NCBI GenBank assembly: GCA_017623375.1
Contig: JAGAPH010000127.1
Location: 27,331 to 91,330 of the forward strand
Source: Clostridia bacterium
GTDB taxonomy: Bacteria > Bacillota > Clostridia > Oscillospirales > CAG-272
DNA length: 64,000 bases
Direction of reading: 5' to 3'
Position numbers and translations under genes: made by a program. Below, piece by piece: positions 36,555 to 46,360 of this stretch (position 1 is its first letter; the number at the start of each line of letters is the position of its first letter). The notes beneath the pieces are model-generated. The model saw nothing but the letters and a program-made list of their open reading frames with translations, had not been told where the DNA came from and did not search any database.

Positions 36555-37754
36555 ATGATAAACATTGCTTTACTTGGATTCGGTGTTGTCGGAAGCGGCA
36601 CTGCCGAGGTATTGACTGAAAACAAGGCCCTTATTGAAAGGCGGCTTGGCTGCGAGTACAATATAAAATATATTCTCGATCTCAGAGAATTTCCGAACAG
36701 TCCATTTGCGGACGTTATAGTGCACGATTTCGATACTATCCTTAACGACAAGGAAGTAACAGTAGTTGCCGAAATGATGGGCGGTTCTCACCCCGCCTAT
36801 GATTTCACCAAGGCGTGTCTCTTGGCGGGTAAGAACGTGGTAACATCTAATAAAGAGGTCGTCTCCACATTCGGAGTTGAGCTTTGCCGCCTTGCAAGAG
36901 AAAACGGTGTCAGATATCTCTTTGAGGCAAGCGTTGGCGGTGGTATTCCTATAATCCGTCCTCTTATCAACGATCTTTCCTCCAATAAGATAAACAAGAT
37001 AAGCGGTATTCTTAACGGTACTACCAACTATATACTTACCTCCATGCGTGACAATGGCGCTTCCTTTGCGGACGCCCTCAAGACCGCTCAGCAGCTTGGA
37101 TATGCTGAGGCTAATCCCTCAGCTGACGTTGACGGAATAGATGCGGCAAGAAAGATAGTTATACTTGCGGCTCTCGCCTCGGGCAAGCTTATCGATCCCA
37201 AGACAATATATACTGAGGGCATAACCAAGATAACTCTTGAGGAAACCGCTCTCGCTCAGCTCTTCGGATATACAATAAAGCTTATCGGTCACACGGAGAT
37301 CGGCGAGAACGGACTTGTTGCTATGGTATCTCCCAGAATGGTTACCTCTTCTAATCCCCTTTGCAGAATAGACGACGTGTTTAATGGGGTACTTGTTGAC
37401 GCAAACATGGTCGGTGAGGTAATGTTCTACGGCCCCGGTGCAGGCAAGCTTCCCACCGCAAGCGCCGTAGTGGCTGATATTATTGATATTATTGCCAACC
37501 GCGATGCCGATCCCAAGCCTATCGTATGGGAGCAGGCAGAGTGCGGTGATCTTGGAGATTTTTCAGAATACGCCTGCCGCAGAATGTTTATTTTCAACGG
37601 CACAGATATCCCCGCGGGTATGCCCGAGGGTACGGCAAAGGTGCACGGCAGCATGTGCGCTTTGGTGACTGCTGAGGCTATAAGCGAAAAGCAAACCGCG
37701 GAGCTGGTCAAGACGCTCGGCGATAAGCTTGCATCGGTTTACAGAGTGCTTTAA
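36555..37754 (+). CDS. hom: homoserine dehydrogenase
   Basis: It has an N-terminal Rossmann motif (IALLGFGVVGSG), the catalytic region ...SNKEV...EASVGGGIPII...GILNGTTNYIL, and a C-terminal ACT-like domain. Confidence 0.9.
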   Translation: MINIALLGFGVVGSGTAEVLTENKALIERRLGCEYNIKYILDLREFPNSPFADVIVHDFDTILNDKEVTVVAEMMGGSHPAYDFTKACLLAGKNVVTSNKEVVSTFGVELCRLARENGVRYLFEASVGGGIPIIRPLINDLSSNKINKISGILNGTTNYILTSMRDNGASFADALKTAQQLGYAEANPSADVDGIDAARKIVILAALASGKLIDPKTIYTEGITKITLEETALAQLFGYTIKLIGHTEIGENGLVAMVSPRMVTSSNPLCRIDDVFNGVLVDANMVGEVMFYGPGAGKLPTASAVVADIIDIIANRDADPKPIVWEQAECGDLGDFSEYACRRMFIFNGTDIPAGMPEGTAKVHGSMCALVTAEAISEKQTAELVKTLGDKLASVYRVL

Positions 37755-37772
37755 TATCCACCGACATACAAA

Positions 37773-37810
37773 AGGACACGGAATGCGTTTGCATTCCGTG
37801 TCCTTTTATT
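37773..37810. terminator. rho-independent terminator between the convergent hom and LRR genes
   Basis: A 14-bp stem AGGACACGGAATGC / GCATTCCGTGTCCT with loop GTTT, followed by TTTTATT. Confidence 0.8.
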
Positions 37811-37828
37811 GTATTTTTCTGATTACCA

Positions 37829-39805
37829 TTAGTCAACTATTGCCTGTATCTTTGTTCCAAACGGGGCCCAACCGTAACTGCTTCGATAAGCTTCCACCAA
37901 TTCAGCAGGAACGTAGATAGCAGTCATTCGCTCATAAGTATTATCCATAGCGTGCATCGGCGGAGAAGGATAATCAAGCACTGTCGAGCTTCTTATCGTC
38001 ATAGTTGTAAGGCTATGGCAGCCGTAAATTGCGCCTCCTCCAATTGACGTAACGCTTTCGGGAATATCCAAACTGCTAAGTGAGCTGCAGTCCTGGAACG
38101 CACTGCCGCCTATGCTCGTAACTGTATTCGGAATAACTATCTTTGTGATCCTATAACACTGCTTAAAGGCAGCACCAGCAATCGCAACGACCTTGTCGCC
38201 CGCGGGAGAGGTAGCAGGAATTACTACGACCGTATCCTCACATGTTCCTATTCCGGTTACATTACAGGTTCCGTCTTTATTTGATGTGAACTCCAAGCCC
38301 ACGCTATCCTCGACGGGAATATCGACAGTACCGCCCTGAAGTACTTTACCAAGAGTTGCCCAACCACTGTCGGCAACATACTGAGAAACCAAAGCCTCGG
38401 GAACGTATACTCCCTTCAAAGAAGTACAGGTATCAAATTGATAATTGTAGTCAAGCATTGCTTTTGCTTCAATAGTTACGGTTTCCAGTGCTTCACAGTT
38501 TCTAAAGACACACTCTTCAAAGTTTTTCAGAGCTTCGGGGAGGACTACGGATTTAAGACTCTTGCAACCATCAAAAGCATATCCGCCTATGGTAATCAGA
38601 CTCTTTGGGAAAGTAATATCGGTAAGCCTCTCACAGGAATAAAACGCCTCTTTTCCAATCTCCGTAACGCCCTCGGGAATAGCGAGCTGAGCAAGTGCTT
38701 TGCACTCATAAAACGCATACTTTTCAATAGTCTTAACGCTGCTTGGTATCTCTACGTTGACAAGAGCATCGCAATTGGAAAACATACCGTAGCAAACGGA
38801 GGGAATTCCATTTCCAAGCTTAGCACTTTTCAAAGCGGTACATTCGTAGAACATTTCATTTCCAAGCTCCGTCACCGTTCCGGGAATGCTTATCTCCGTA
38901 AGGGACGAGCAGTAAGAAAACGCTCCCTCTCCAATAGCCGTTATACCGTTTCCAAGCGAAACGCTCGCAAGCGCCTTACAGTTTTTGAAGGCATTGTATC
39001 CAATCGTAGAAGCACCTTCCCCTATTGATAACGCGGTAAGCTTTCCATTGCCTGCAAACGCATTGTTTTTGATCGTGCTATTGCCGTTTCCAATAGAAAC
39101 CGTGCTCAATTCGGGACATTCATAAAAAGCATCATTTCCAATCGTAATATTACCGTCACCTATCGAAACAATATTAAGATTATCGCACCCTTGGAAAGCA
39201 CCGTAATCAATAGTTACGTTGCCGCCCATAATAACTGCTTTTTTCAAATTTGAGCAGAAATTAAATGCCTTTTCACCGATGTGTGTAACGCTTTTTGGTA
39301 TCCATACTTCTGTTATATCATTGTTCAGTGAAAACGAATAATCTTCTATCTCTGTATAACCTTCGGGAATTACAAGAACCGTGTCCTGACAGTCTCCTAT
39401 ACCGACAACGATAACGTTACCGTCACGATCCATGGTTGTACTCAAGTTCTGAGACTGCGCTGTGGGATAGTAACTGGAATCGACCGCAGAGCAAGCCGTA
39501 CACAGTCCGTCCTTATAGGTGTGCGCAGCCTTCGGCACAGTCTCCGTTGCCATGACCGCACCGCAGGAGCAGAGCTGCTGACGCTCGCCTTCCTTGGTAC
39601 ACGTAGCTTCCTTTGTCACACTCCATTCACCGCCTACGCAGGTATGCGGTTGATCTTCGGAGCCTGACTGACCGTTATTGCTTGCTTGACCGCTCGAGTT
39701 GGATTGACCGCCTTGCGCGTTATTTGCACCGTCCGTTGATTTGTCGCAGGCGACAATAGACAAGCACAAAAGAAGTGCCACGATAAGTGATAATGCTTTT
39801 TTCAT
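37829..39805 (-). CDS. BspA-type leucine-rich-repeat surface lipoprotein
   Basis: The lipobox is LLLCLSIVAC. After a Ser/Gly/Gln linker come many ~23-aa repeats of the form IP.(G/S)VT.I(G/E)..AF..C..L..(V/I).I. Confidence 0.8.
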   Translation of the reverse strand: MKKALSLIVALLLCLSIVACDKSTDGANNAQGGQSNSSGQASNNGQSGSEDQPHTCVGGEWSVTKEATCTKEGERQQLCSCGAVMATETVPKAAHTYKDGLCTACSAVDSSYYPTAQSQNLSTTMDRDGNVIVVGIGDCQDTVLVIPEGYTEIEDYSFSLNNDITEVWIPKSVTHIGEKAFNFCSNLKKAVIMGGNVTIDYGAFQGCDNLNIVSIGDGNITIGNDAFYECPELSTVSIGNGNSTIKNNAFAGNGKLTALSIGEGASTIGYNAFKNCKALASVSLGNGITAIGEGAFSYCSSLTEISIPGTVTELGNEMFYECTALKSAKLGNGIPSVCYGMFSNCDALVNVEIPSSVKTIEKYAFYECKALAQLAIPEGVTEIGKEAFYSCERLTDITFPKSLITIGGYAFDGCKSLKSVVLPEALKNFEECVFRNCEALETVTIEAKAMLDYNYQFDTCTSLKGVYVPEALVSQYVADSGWATLGKVLQGGTVDIPVEDSVGLEFTSNKDGTCNVTGIGTCEDTVVVIPATSPAGDKVVAIAGAAFKQCYRITKIVIPNTVTSIGGSAFQDCSSLSSLDIPESVTSIGGGAIYGCHSLTTMTIRSSTVLDYPSPPMHAMDNTYERMTAIYVPAELVEAYRSSYGWAPFGTKIQAIVD

Positions 39806-39832
39806 TGTAGTAATACCTTCCTTTAATTAATT

Positions 39833-41287
39833 TTATCTCTTATTTCTGAATTTATCTATCATATCGTGCTTGATCTGCCACAGCTTTTCGGAAAGGTCAA
39901 CGTAGTAATTATGAGGATTATTAAAGCGTCTTACCTCGTCCCACATGCCCTCTATCTCCTGCACGCAGTGCTCTTTGATCTCCTCAATGGTAGGAAGCTC
40001 GTAGACCTGCTTTCCGTTTTTAAACACAGGAACCAAAAGCTCAGTTGCGGTAAAGTTCTCAAGAACCTTGCGCTTCCATGTATGCTGAGGATCGAATATC
40101 TCAAGAGGCTTTGTATCGTCGATCTGCTCGTCGTAAACGCACAGAAGATCCGCCTCCGCTTTTCCCGCCTCTCTTCCGCGAAGTCTGTAGAGCTTCTTGA
40201 AATGGGGGGTCGTTATCTTGCCAACGTTTTCACTGATCTTTATTTTTGGAATTACAGTGCCGTCGGCGCTTTCTATTGCACATACCTTATACACACCGCC
40301 GAACACGGGATCGCTCTTTGCCGTTATAAGCCGCTCTCCTACTCCAAAAGCGTCGATCTCCGCCCCCTGTCTGATAAGCTCACGAATAATGTATTCGTCC
40401 ATGGAGTTGGATACGACTATCCTACATTCGGTAAGTCCCGCATCGTCCAGCATTTTTCTGATCTTCTTGGTAAGATAGGTGATATCACCCGAGTCAAGTC
40501 TTACTCCGCACTTGGTTATTCCCTTGGGAAGCAAAACCTCTTTAAATGCGCGTATTGCGTTTGGAACTCCGCTTTCGATAACGTTGAAGGTATCAACGAG
40601 CAACGTGGCGTTATTGGGATATATCTCGCAGTAGGTCTTAAACGCCTCGTATTCGCTATCAAACATCTGTACCCACGAATGAGCCATAGTCCCGCCCGCG
40701 GGAACACCGTATGCTTCGTCGGCAATGGTGCATGCAGTTGAATTGACACCGCCGATATACGCAGCTCTCGCGCCGAGTATAGCCGCATCCGAGCCCTGAG
40801 CGCGTCTTGAGCCAAACTCGCTGACTGCTCTTCCCTTCGCCGCACGGGTTATCCTTGAAGCCTTGGTAGCGATAAGCGATTGGTGATTTATCATCATGAG
40901 AACGTAAGTCTCGATAAACTGCGCCTCGATAACGGGAGCGCGCACTATCATGAGCGGCTCGCCCGGGAACACAACTGTTCCTTCGGGGATTGCCCATATA
41001 TCTCCCGTAAATTTGAAGTGCCCGAGATATTCGAGAAAGTCCTCAGAAAAAACTCCTTTTTCTCTGAGATATTCGATATCCTCATCATCAAAGCGAAGAT
41101 CGTTGATATATTCCACTATCTGCTCAAGCCCTGCCGCGATGGCATATCCGCCGTTATCGGGGTTGTCGCGATAAAACACGTCAAAATATACGATCTTATC
41201 CTTGATACCGCAAGTAAAGTAGCCGTTTGCCATGGTAAGCTCATAAAAATCGCAAAGCATGGTCAAATTTCTTTTAATGTCCTTCAT
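39833..41287 (-). CDS. pncB: nicotinate phosphoribosyltransferase
   Basis: It begins ...MLCDFYELTMANGYF..., carries ...GGTMAHSW... and is ~484 aa, which is characteristic of Firmicute PncB. Confidence 0.9.
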   Translation of the reverse strand: MKDIKRNLTMLCDFYELTMANGYFTCGIKDKIVYFDVFYRDNPDNGGYAIAAGLEQIVEYINDLRFDDEDIEYLREKGVFSEDFLEYLGHFKFTGDIWAIPEGTVVFPGEPLMIVRAPVIEAQFIETYVLMMINHQSLIATKASRITRAAKGRAVSEFGSRRAQGSDAAILGARAAYIGGVNSTACTIADEAYGVPAGGTMAHSWVQMFDSEYEAFKTYCEIYPNNATLLVDTFNVIESGVPNAIRAFKEVLLPKGITKCGVRLDSGDITYLTKKIRKMLDDAGLTECRIVVSNSMDEYIIRELIRQGAEIDAFGVGERLITAKSDPVFGGVYKVCAIESADGTVIPKIKISENVGKITTPHFKKLYRLRGREAGKAEADLLCVYDEQIDDTKPLEIFDPQHTWKRKVLENFTATELLVPVFKNGKQVYELPTIEEIKEHCVQEIEGMWDEVRRFNNPHNYYVDLSEKLWQIKHDMIDKFRNKR

Positions 41288-41402
41288 TTTTCCTCCATAT
41301 TATTAAACTTTCTTAAAAATTTTAAAATAAGTATTGTAATTTTCACGATTAAAATGTATAATATTTCTATAATATTATTTCATTTCCGAAAGGATATTTT
41401 TT

Positions 41403-43331
41403 ATGAAACACGGTTTTGTAAAGGTTGCCGCCGCTACACCTTATGTAAGTGTGGCTGACTGTGAGAGCAATCTTTCTCGTATCATCGGTCTTGTAAAGCA
41501 AGCAGAGGCAGAAGGCGCACGCCTTGTGGCTTTCCCTGAGCTTTCGCTGACAGGAAGCACCTGCGGAGATCTGTTTTTCTCCGACACGCTCCTTAACGCC
41601 GCAAGAGACGCTCTTTGCAATCTGCTTTTTCAAACAAAAAATTCCGATACAATTATTATAATAGGTTTTCCACTCGTTGTCAATGATAAACTTTATAATT
41701 GTGCCGCTTTTTGTCAAAAAGGACATATATTGGGTATTGTTCCAAAGACTGTTTTGTCAAATAGCAGAGCCACAGACGATCTTCGCTACTTCTCCTCCTA
41801 CACAGGAAACAATATTGAGATAAAGATAGGCGAGCACTCTGCCGTTTTCGGAACGCGTCAGATATTTGCATGTAATAGCATGCCCTCGCTGAGGATAGGA
41901 ATTGAAATAGGAAGCGAGGCTTACGCGCCTATTTCCTCCGCCGCAGTCGCATACGCAAATGGGGCTACACTGGTTGTCTCTCCCTTTTCCGAGTGTGAGA
42001 CGGTGGGCGCGGGGGAATACCGCAGAATGATGACTACGTCTTTCAGCGCACGTCAAAGATGCGGATACATCCACGTGGGAAGCGGGGACGGAGAATCAAC
42101 AACCGACGGAGTTTTTGGCGGATACCGTTCTATAATCGAAAACGGAAAGGTACTCGCTGAGGCTGGGGCATTTGAAGCAAGCTGTGACGGTCTTACAGTT
42201 TCCGAGCTTGATATGGAGATAATTTCGGGAGAACGCCGCAAGGCAGCGTACTCGTGCCCTCCATCCGAGGAATACACCGTCAGCACATTTGATCTTGAAA
42301 TGCGTGAGACGTCACTGACGAGAAGGATCGCCCCATTCCCATTTATTCCCGAAAACAACTCCGAGCGCTCGGCAAGATGTGACAAGATCCTTACAATACA
42401 GGCAAAGGGACTGGCTCAGCGCATAGAGCGCGCATACGCCAAGACCTGTGTTATCGGTATATCGGGCGGACTTGACTCCTGCCTTGCCATTCTCGTTGCC
42501 GCCAAGGCTATGGATATTCTCGGCAGACCGAGAGACGGTATCGTTGGCGTTACTATGCCCTGCTTCGGCACGACCAAAAGAACGAGATCCAATGCCGAGA
42601 TACTTTGCGCCGAGCTTGGTGCTCAGCTGAGATGCGTAAATATAGGCGATGCGGTGAAGCAACATTTTGCTGACATAGGTCATGACGAAAACGACCACAA
42701 CGTAGTATATGAAAACGCTCAGGCACGTGAGCGCACTCAAGTGATAATGGATATAGCTAACATGGAGAACGGACTCGTTGTAGGAACGGGAGATCTTTCC
42801 GAGCTTGCTCTTGGCTGGGCTACCTACAACGGCGACCACATGTCCATGTACGGAGTAAACGGCGGAGTACCCAAGACGCTTATCAGGTATATCGTCGGTC
42901 ACTGTGCGGACGAGGCTGAAGAAAAGGGACAGAAGGGTCTTGCGGCGGTACTCAGAGACATACTTGATACCCCCGTCAGCCCTGAGCTTCTTCCTGCCGA
43001 TAAGGACGGCAATATCGCTCAAAAGACCGAGGATCTGGTAGGTCCTTATGAGATACACGATTTTTATATATTCAATATGCTGAGATACGGCTTTTCGCCC
43101 GACAAGCTATACAGAATGGCGAAGGTGGCATTTGCGGGAAGATACGACGACGAGACACTGCTCAAGTGGCTGAAGAGCTCTGCGAGAAGATTTTTCGCGC
43201 AGCAGTTCAAGCGCTCGTGCCTCCCCGACGGACCTAAGGTCGGAACTGTCGGAGTTTCTCCCAGAGGAGATCTGAGAATGCCGAGTGACGCCACTGCAGC
43301 GGAATGGCAAAGGATAATAGATAAGCTTTAA
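41403..43331 (+). CDS. nadE: glutamine-dependent NAD+ synthetase (CN-hydrolase domain plus NAD synthetase domain)
   Basis: The N-terminal nitrilase-like domain shows KVAAATP...FPELSLTG. The C-terminal PP-loop is GISGGLDS. The protein is 642 aa. Confidence 0.9.
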   Translation: MKHGFVKVAAATPYVSVADCESNLSRIIGLVKQAEAEGARLVAFPELSLTGSTCGDLFFSDTLLNAARDALCNLLFQTKNSDTIIIIGFPLVVNDKLYNCAAFCQKGHILGIVPKTVLSNSRATDDLRYFSSYTGNNIEIKIGEHSAVFGTRQIFACNSMPSLRIGIEIGSEAYAPISSAAVAYANGATLVVSPFSECETVGAGEYRRMMTTSFSARQRCGYIHVGSGDGESTTDGVFGGYRSIIENGKVLAEAGAFEASCDGLTVSELDMEIISGERRKAAYSCPPSEEYTVSTFDLEMRETSLTRRIAPFPFIPENNSERSARCDKILTIQAKGLAQRIERAYAKTCVIGISGGLDSCLAILVAAKAMDILGRPRDGIVGVTMPCFGTTKRTRSNAEILCAELGAQLRCVNIGDAVKQHFADIGHDENDHNVVYENAQARERTQVIMDIANMENGLVVGTGDLSELALGWATYNGDHMSMYGVNGGVPKTLIRYIVGHCADEAEEKGQKGLAAVLRDILDTPVSPELLPADKDGNIAQKTEDLVGPYEIHDFYIFNMLRYGFSPDKLYRMAKVAFAGRYDDETLLKWLKSSARRFFAQQFKRSCLPDGPKVGTVGVSPRGDLRMPSDATAAEWQRIIDKL

Positions 43332-43347
43332 AAGCACCGTAATATTA

Positions 43348-43385
43348 AAGTTTTAGCCCGCCTAAAAAAGGCGGGCTAAAACTTT
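43348..43385. terminator. bidirectional rho-independent terminator
   Basis: AAAGTTTTAGCCCGCC taaaaaa GGCGGGCTAAAACTTT. Confidence 0.8.
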
Positions 43386-43403
43386 AAATATTTTGGGACG
43401 AAA

Positions 43404-43910
43404 TTATTTAGAAGAGCTTGCTATCAGGTTTTCTATATCCTCGTAAAGAGCTTTGTATTCCTGCTCTCTCTGCTCCCTTATATCAAACAAATATCCTTTG
43501 CTTCCCTTGGCTACGTAAATACTGTCCTCTTTCATGTAAATACTGAATGCCTCTCCGTTCTCGGAAAAGCTCAGCCTTACGTCCCAGAAGCCCGTGTCGC
43601 CCTTTAGTACCTTCTGATAGGACACCTTTTCAGCTACGTAAGCAAGCCTCTCTCCAAATTTCTCCGCCTCTTCTCCAGTCAGCGTTACTTCCCCACCTGT
43701 GGTAAGTATATCCCCCTTATACAAAGGATCGCTTATGACGATAAGTTTACTTTCCTCTAATTCCCCGATCGACTGAGAAAGCTTTATTCGCCCTGCTATC
43801 ATGTCGCCTAAGAAAAATACAAACAGCATGGCTATTACGAATATACCGCATATAATAAGCGTTACCGTCATGGCAAGCCTTCCGCTTGCTCTACCCTGCG
43901 CTTTTTTCAT
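43404..43910 (-). CDS. hypothetical N-terminally membrane-anchored protein downstream of the metal ATPase
   Basis: It has one TM segment (LAMTVTLIICGIFVIAMLFVFFL) and then a ~125-aa soluble domain. Its RBS (GGAGG) overlaps the ATPase stop codon. Confidence 0.6.
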   Translation of the reverse strand: MKKAQGRASGRLAMTVTLIICGIFVIAMLFVFFLGDMIAGRIKLSQSIGELEESKLIVISDPLYKGDILTTGGEVTLTGEEAEKFGERLAYVAEKVSYQKVLKGDTGFWDVRLSFSENGEAFSIYMKEDSIYVAKGSKGYLFDIREQREQEYKALYEDIENLIASSSK

Positions 43911-43918
43911 AATGCCTC

Positions 43919-45865
43919 CTATTTTGCCGCTCTCAGCGAGTTAAGAACGGCTATGACTGCCGCCCCTACGTCCGCTACGATAGCTAACTCTATGGGAATG
44001 TCTATCCTAAGATATGCAAGTATTATTCCCGCTATCAGCACGCCTGCCTTTATCCCGAGAGACAAAGCTATGTTTGCGTTAGCAACTCTTGACGTCTTTC
44101 TCGCTATGGAGATCGCCGCGTTTATTTTCTCGGGGGAATCGTCCATAAGAACTACGTCGGCACTCTCAACGGTAAGAGCCGAGCCGCAGCCTCCCATGGC
44201 TATACCTACGTCCGACGCCGCAATAACGGCAGAATCGTTAAGACCGTCACCGCAATATGCCACACAGGCACTTTGCTTTTTGCAACGTTCTTCTTTGATC
44301 ATCCTTTCAAGAACCGAAAGCTTTTCGTCGGGAGCACAGGCGCTATAGTATTCGTCTATCCCTGCCTCGTCACACGCCACTCTTACAGATTCGGACGCGT
44401 CTCCGCTTACCACTGCAACACGCTCCACTCCAAGAGCTCTCATGCGCTCAACGGCGCTCTTGGTCCCGTCCTTGAGATGAGATGAAAATTCAAGTCTGCC
44501 AAGCAGCACGCCCTCTCTTGCTCCGTATATCGCCGTGGTCTTACTCTCCTCGGCATCAATGCCATTTTCCTTCATAAGCCTTGCGTTTCCGAAAAGCACT
44601 CTTTGTCCATCTACCGTACACACTACGCCCCTTCCGCTTATATTTTCAACGCTCTCAGCGTGATGTTTTCCGCATGCGTTTACCGCCTCGCAGAAGGATA
44701 CTGCCGCGGCGTGCGGACTATGCGTAAGCACCGTTCGGGCAAGCTCCATAAAGCTTTCCTCGCTCATATCCGAAAGCATGTTCACACCGTCAAAGGAAAG
44801 ACCCGCCTCGGTGATTGTTCCCGTTTTGTCAAGAGCAATGCAGCTTATTTTCGATACCTTATCCATGATCTCGCCGCCGCGGAATACTATTCCTCTTCTT
44901 GCGGCACTGCCGATGCCCGCAAAGTAGGTAAGCGGAACAGAGAGAACGAGCGAGCACGGGCAGGACACAACAAGCACCATTATGGCGGTCCTCAGCCATT
45001 CGGACACGTTGCCCGTAATAAGAGCACCTACAACAAATACAAGAAAAGCAACGCCAAAGGCAATAGGAGTGAAAACAGACGCAAAGCGCGTTATCTTTTT
45101 CTCTGCCGAGGATTTTCTTCTGCTCGCTTCCTCAACTGCCTTACGCAATCTGAACACCACCGAGTTCTCGTACTCCTTCGTCACTCTTAAGGTGACCGAG
45201 CCCTCATTCAGCACCGATCCGGAGGGACACTCCACTCCCTCGTAAAGCTCAAGAGGCTTTGATTCACCTGTGACCGACGAGGTATCAGCACTACCGCCTC
45301 CCTCGCATACCACACCGTCAATGGGAAATCTTTCTCCCGCACGAACGAGAATAAGCTCTCCGACGGATACCTCCTCGGGTCTTATTTTTATCGCTTCTCC
45401 GTTTCTTACTGCATTGGCATATTCGGGCGTTATTTCCATAAGCTCGGAAATACTGTGCTTTGATCTTGCGTATGCCCCTGAAGATATGGTCTCTCCCAGA
45501 GAATACAGATACATTACCGCCGCCGCATCGGCATACTCGCCTATAGCAAATGCTCCAACGGTAGCCACACACATAAGGGTAAATTCGGTAAATACCTTTC
45601 TTTTTACAAAGCCAGATATCATTCCCTTATATACCTCTACTCCGAAAATGAGATAGCCCAATATTGCCGCTATCAACGGAATATGATACGGAATGAACGA
45701 CATAAAGCCCACGATAACAGGCACTGCGCCAAGCACGTATCTGACTATCAGCTTTTTCTTGTCCTCGGGCTCGCCGTGGTCATGATCGTGACCGCAGCCA
45801 CAGCCGCAACCGCAGTGGTCGTGGTCGTGCTCATGCTCGTGGCAGTGACAGTTATGCTCGCTCAT
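43919..45865 (-). CDS. heavy-metal P1B-type ATPase (Cd/Zn/Co-type CPC motif) with a His/Cys-rich N-terminal tail
   Basis: Motifs present: SCPCSL (CPC), DKTGTIT, GDGLNDS. Start moved to ATG 45865 (GAGGAGGG 5 nt upstream), giving MSEHNCHCHEHEHDHDHCGCGCGCGHDHDHG.... Confidence 0.9.
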   Translation of the reverse strand: MSEHNCHCHEHEHDHDHCGCGCGCGHDHDHGEPEDKKKLIVRYVLGAVPVIVGFMSFIPYHIPLIAAILGYLIFGVEVYKGMISGFVKRKVFTEFTLMCVATVGAFAIGEYADAAAVMYLYSLGETISSGAYARSKHSISELMEITPEYANAVRNGEAIKIRPEEVSVGELILVRAGERFPIDGVVCEGGGSADTSSVTGESKPLELYEGVECPSGSVLNEGSVTLRVTKEYENSVVFRLRKAVEEASRRKSSAEKKITRFASVFTPIAFGVAFLVFVVGALITGNVSEWLRTAIMVLVVSCPCSLVLSVPLTYFAGIGSAARRGIVFRGGEIMDKVSKISCIALDKTGTITEAGLSFDGVNMLSDMSEESFMELARTVLTHSPHAAAVSFCEAVNACGKHHAESVENISGRGVVCTVDGQRVLFGNARLMKENGIDAEESKTTAIYGAREGVLLGRLEFSSHLKDGTKSAVERMRALGVERVAVVSGDASESVRVACDEAGIDEYYSACAPDEKLSVLERMIKEERCKKQSACVAYCGDGLNDSAVIAASDVGIAMGGCGSALTVESADVVLMDDSPEKINAAISIARKTSRVANANIALSLGIKAGVLIAGIILAYLRIDIPIELAIVADVGAAVIAVLNSLRAAK

Positions 45866-46190
45866 GATTTCCCTCCTCACTTATGTGCAGCAGCGCCATG
45901 TCAAGCATAAGGCGCACGTGCTCGTCTGATATTGAATATATCAGCGTTTTTCCGCTTCTCTTTACTCTCACAAGGTCTGCCTTTCTCAATATGGCAAGCT
46001 GATGAGATATTGCCGACTGACTCATTCCCACTCTTTCGCTTATGTGCATTACGCAAAGGCTACCCTCCAAAAGCTCAATAAGGATACTCAATCTTGTTTT
46101 ATCCGCCATTACCTTAAAGAAGCTGCTCATATCCTCAAGCGAGGCATCTCCAAGCAAATGCGCGTGCTTTGCTTTTCCAACCGTCTGCAT
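45852..46190 (-). CDS. ArsR/SmtB-family metalloregulator
   Basis: The wHTH is ...LSILIELLEGSLCVMHISERVGMSQSAISHQLAILRKADLV. The 3' end overlaps the ATPase start by 14 nt. Confidence 0.85.
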   Translation of the reverse strand: MQTVGKAKHAHLLGDASLEDMSSFFKVMADKTRLSILIELLEGSLCVMHISERVGMSQSAISHQLAILRKADLVRVKRSGKTLIYSISDEHVRLMLDMALLHISEEGNHERA

Positions 46191-46212
46191 TTTGTCCTCC
46201 TTTATGCCTACG

Positions 46213-46272
46213 AATATTCATATGATTGATTATTCATATGAATATATTATCATATAATAAATAAATTGTCAA
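46213..46272 (-). promoter_or_regulatory. promoter with two adjacent TTCATATGA(A/T)-type palindromes (putative ArsR-family operators)
   Basis: On the minus strand: TTGACA (46272-46267), a 17-nt spacer, TAATAT (46249-46244). ATTCATATGAAT (46232-46243, a perfect palindrome) and ATTCATATGATT (46216-46227) lie immediately downstream of the -10 element. Confidence 0.5.
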
Positions 46273-46360
46273 CAGTTTTTGATAGATTTCGCTTTTGTTT
46301 ACACGCCGTTCAAATTTTCGGTATATAATTATATGTAACATTAAAAAAACAGGAGTTTTT

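Noticed and set aside
45770-45860. Repetitive GTGGTC/GTGCTC/GCAGCC DNA at the 5' end of the ATPase gene, as a possible tandem-repeat or phase-variation element.
   Set aside because: The repeats are imperfect. They are explained by codon repetition for the His/Asp/Cys/Gly-rich metal-binding tail, and there is no homopolymer or exact short tandem repeat tract.
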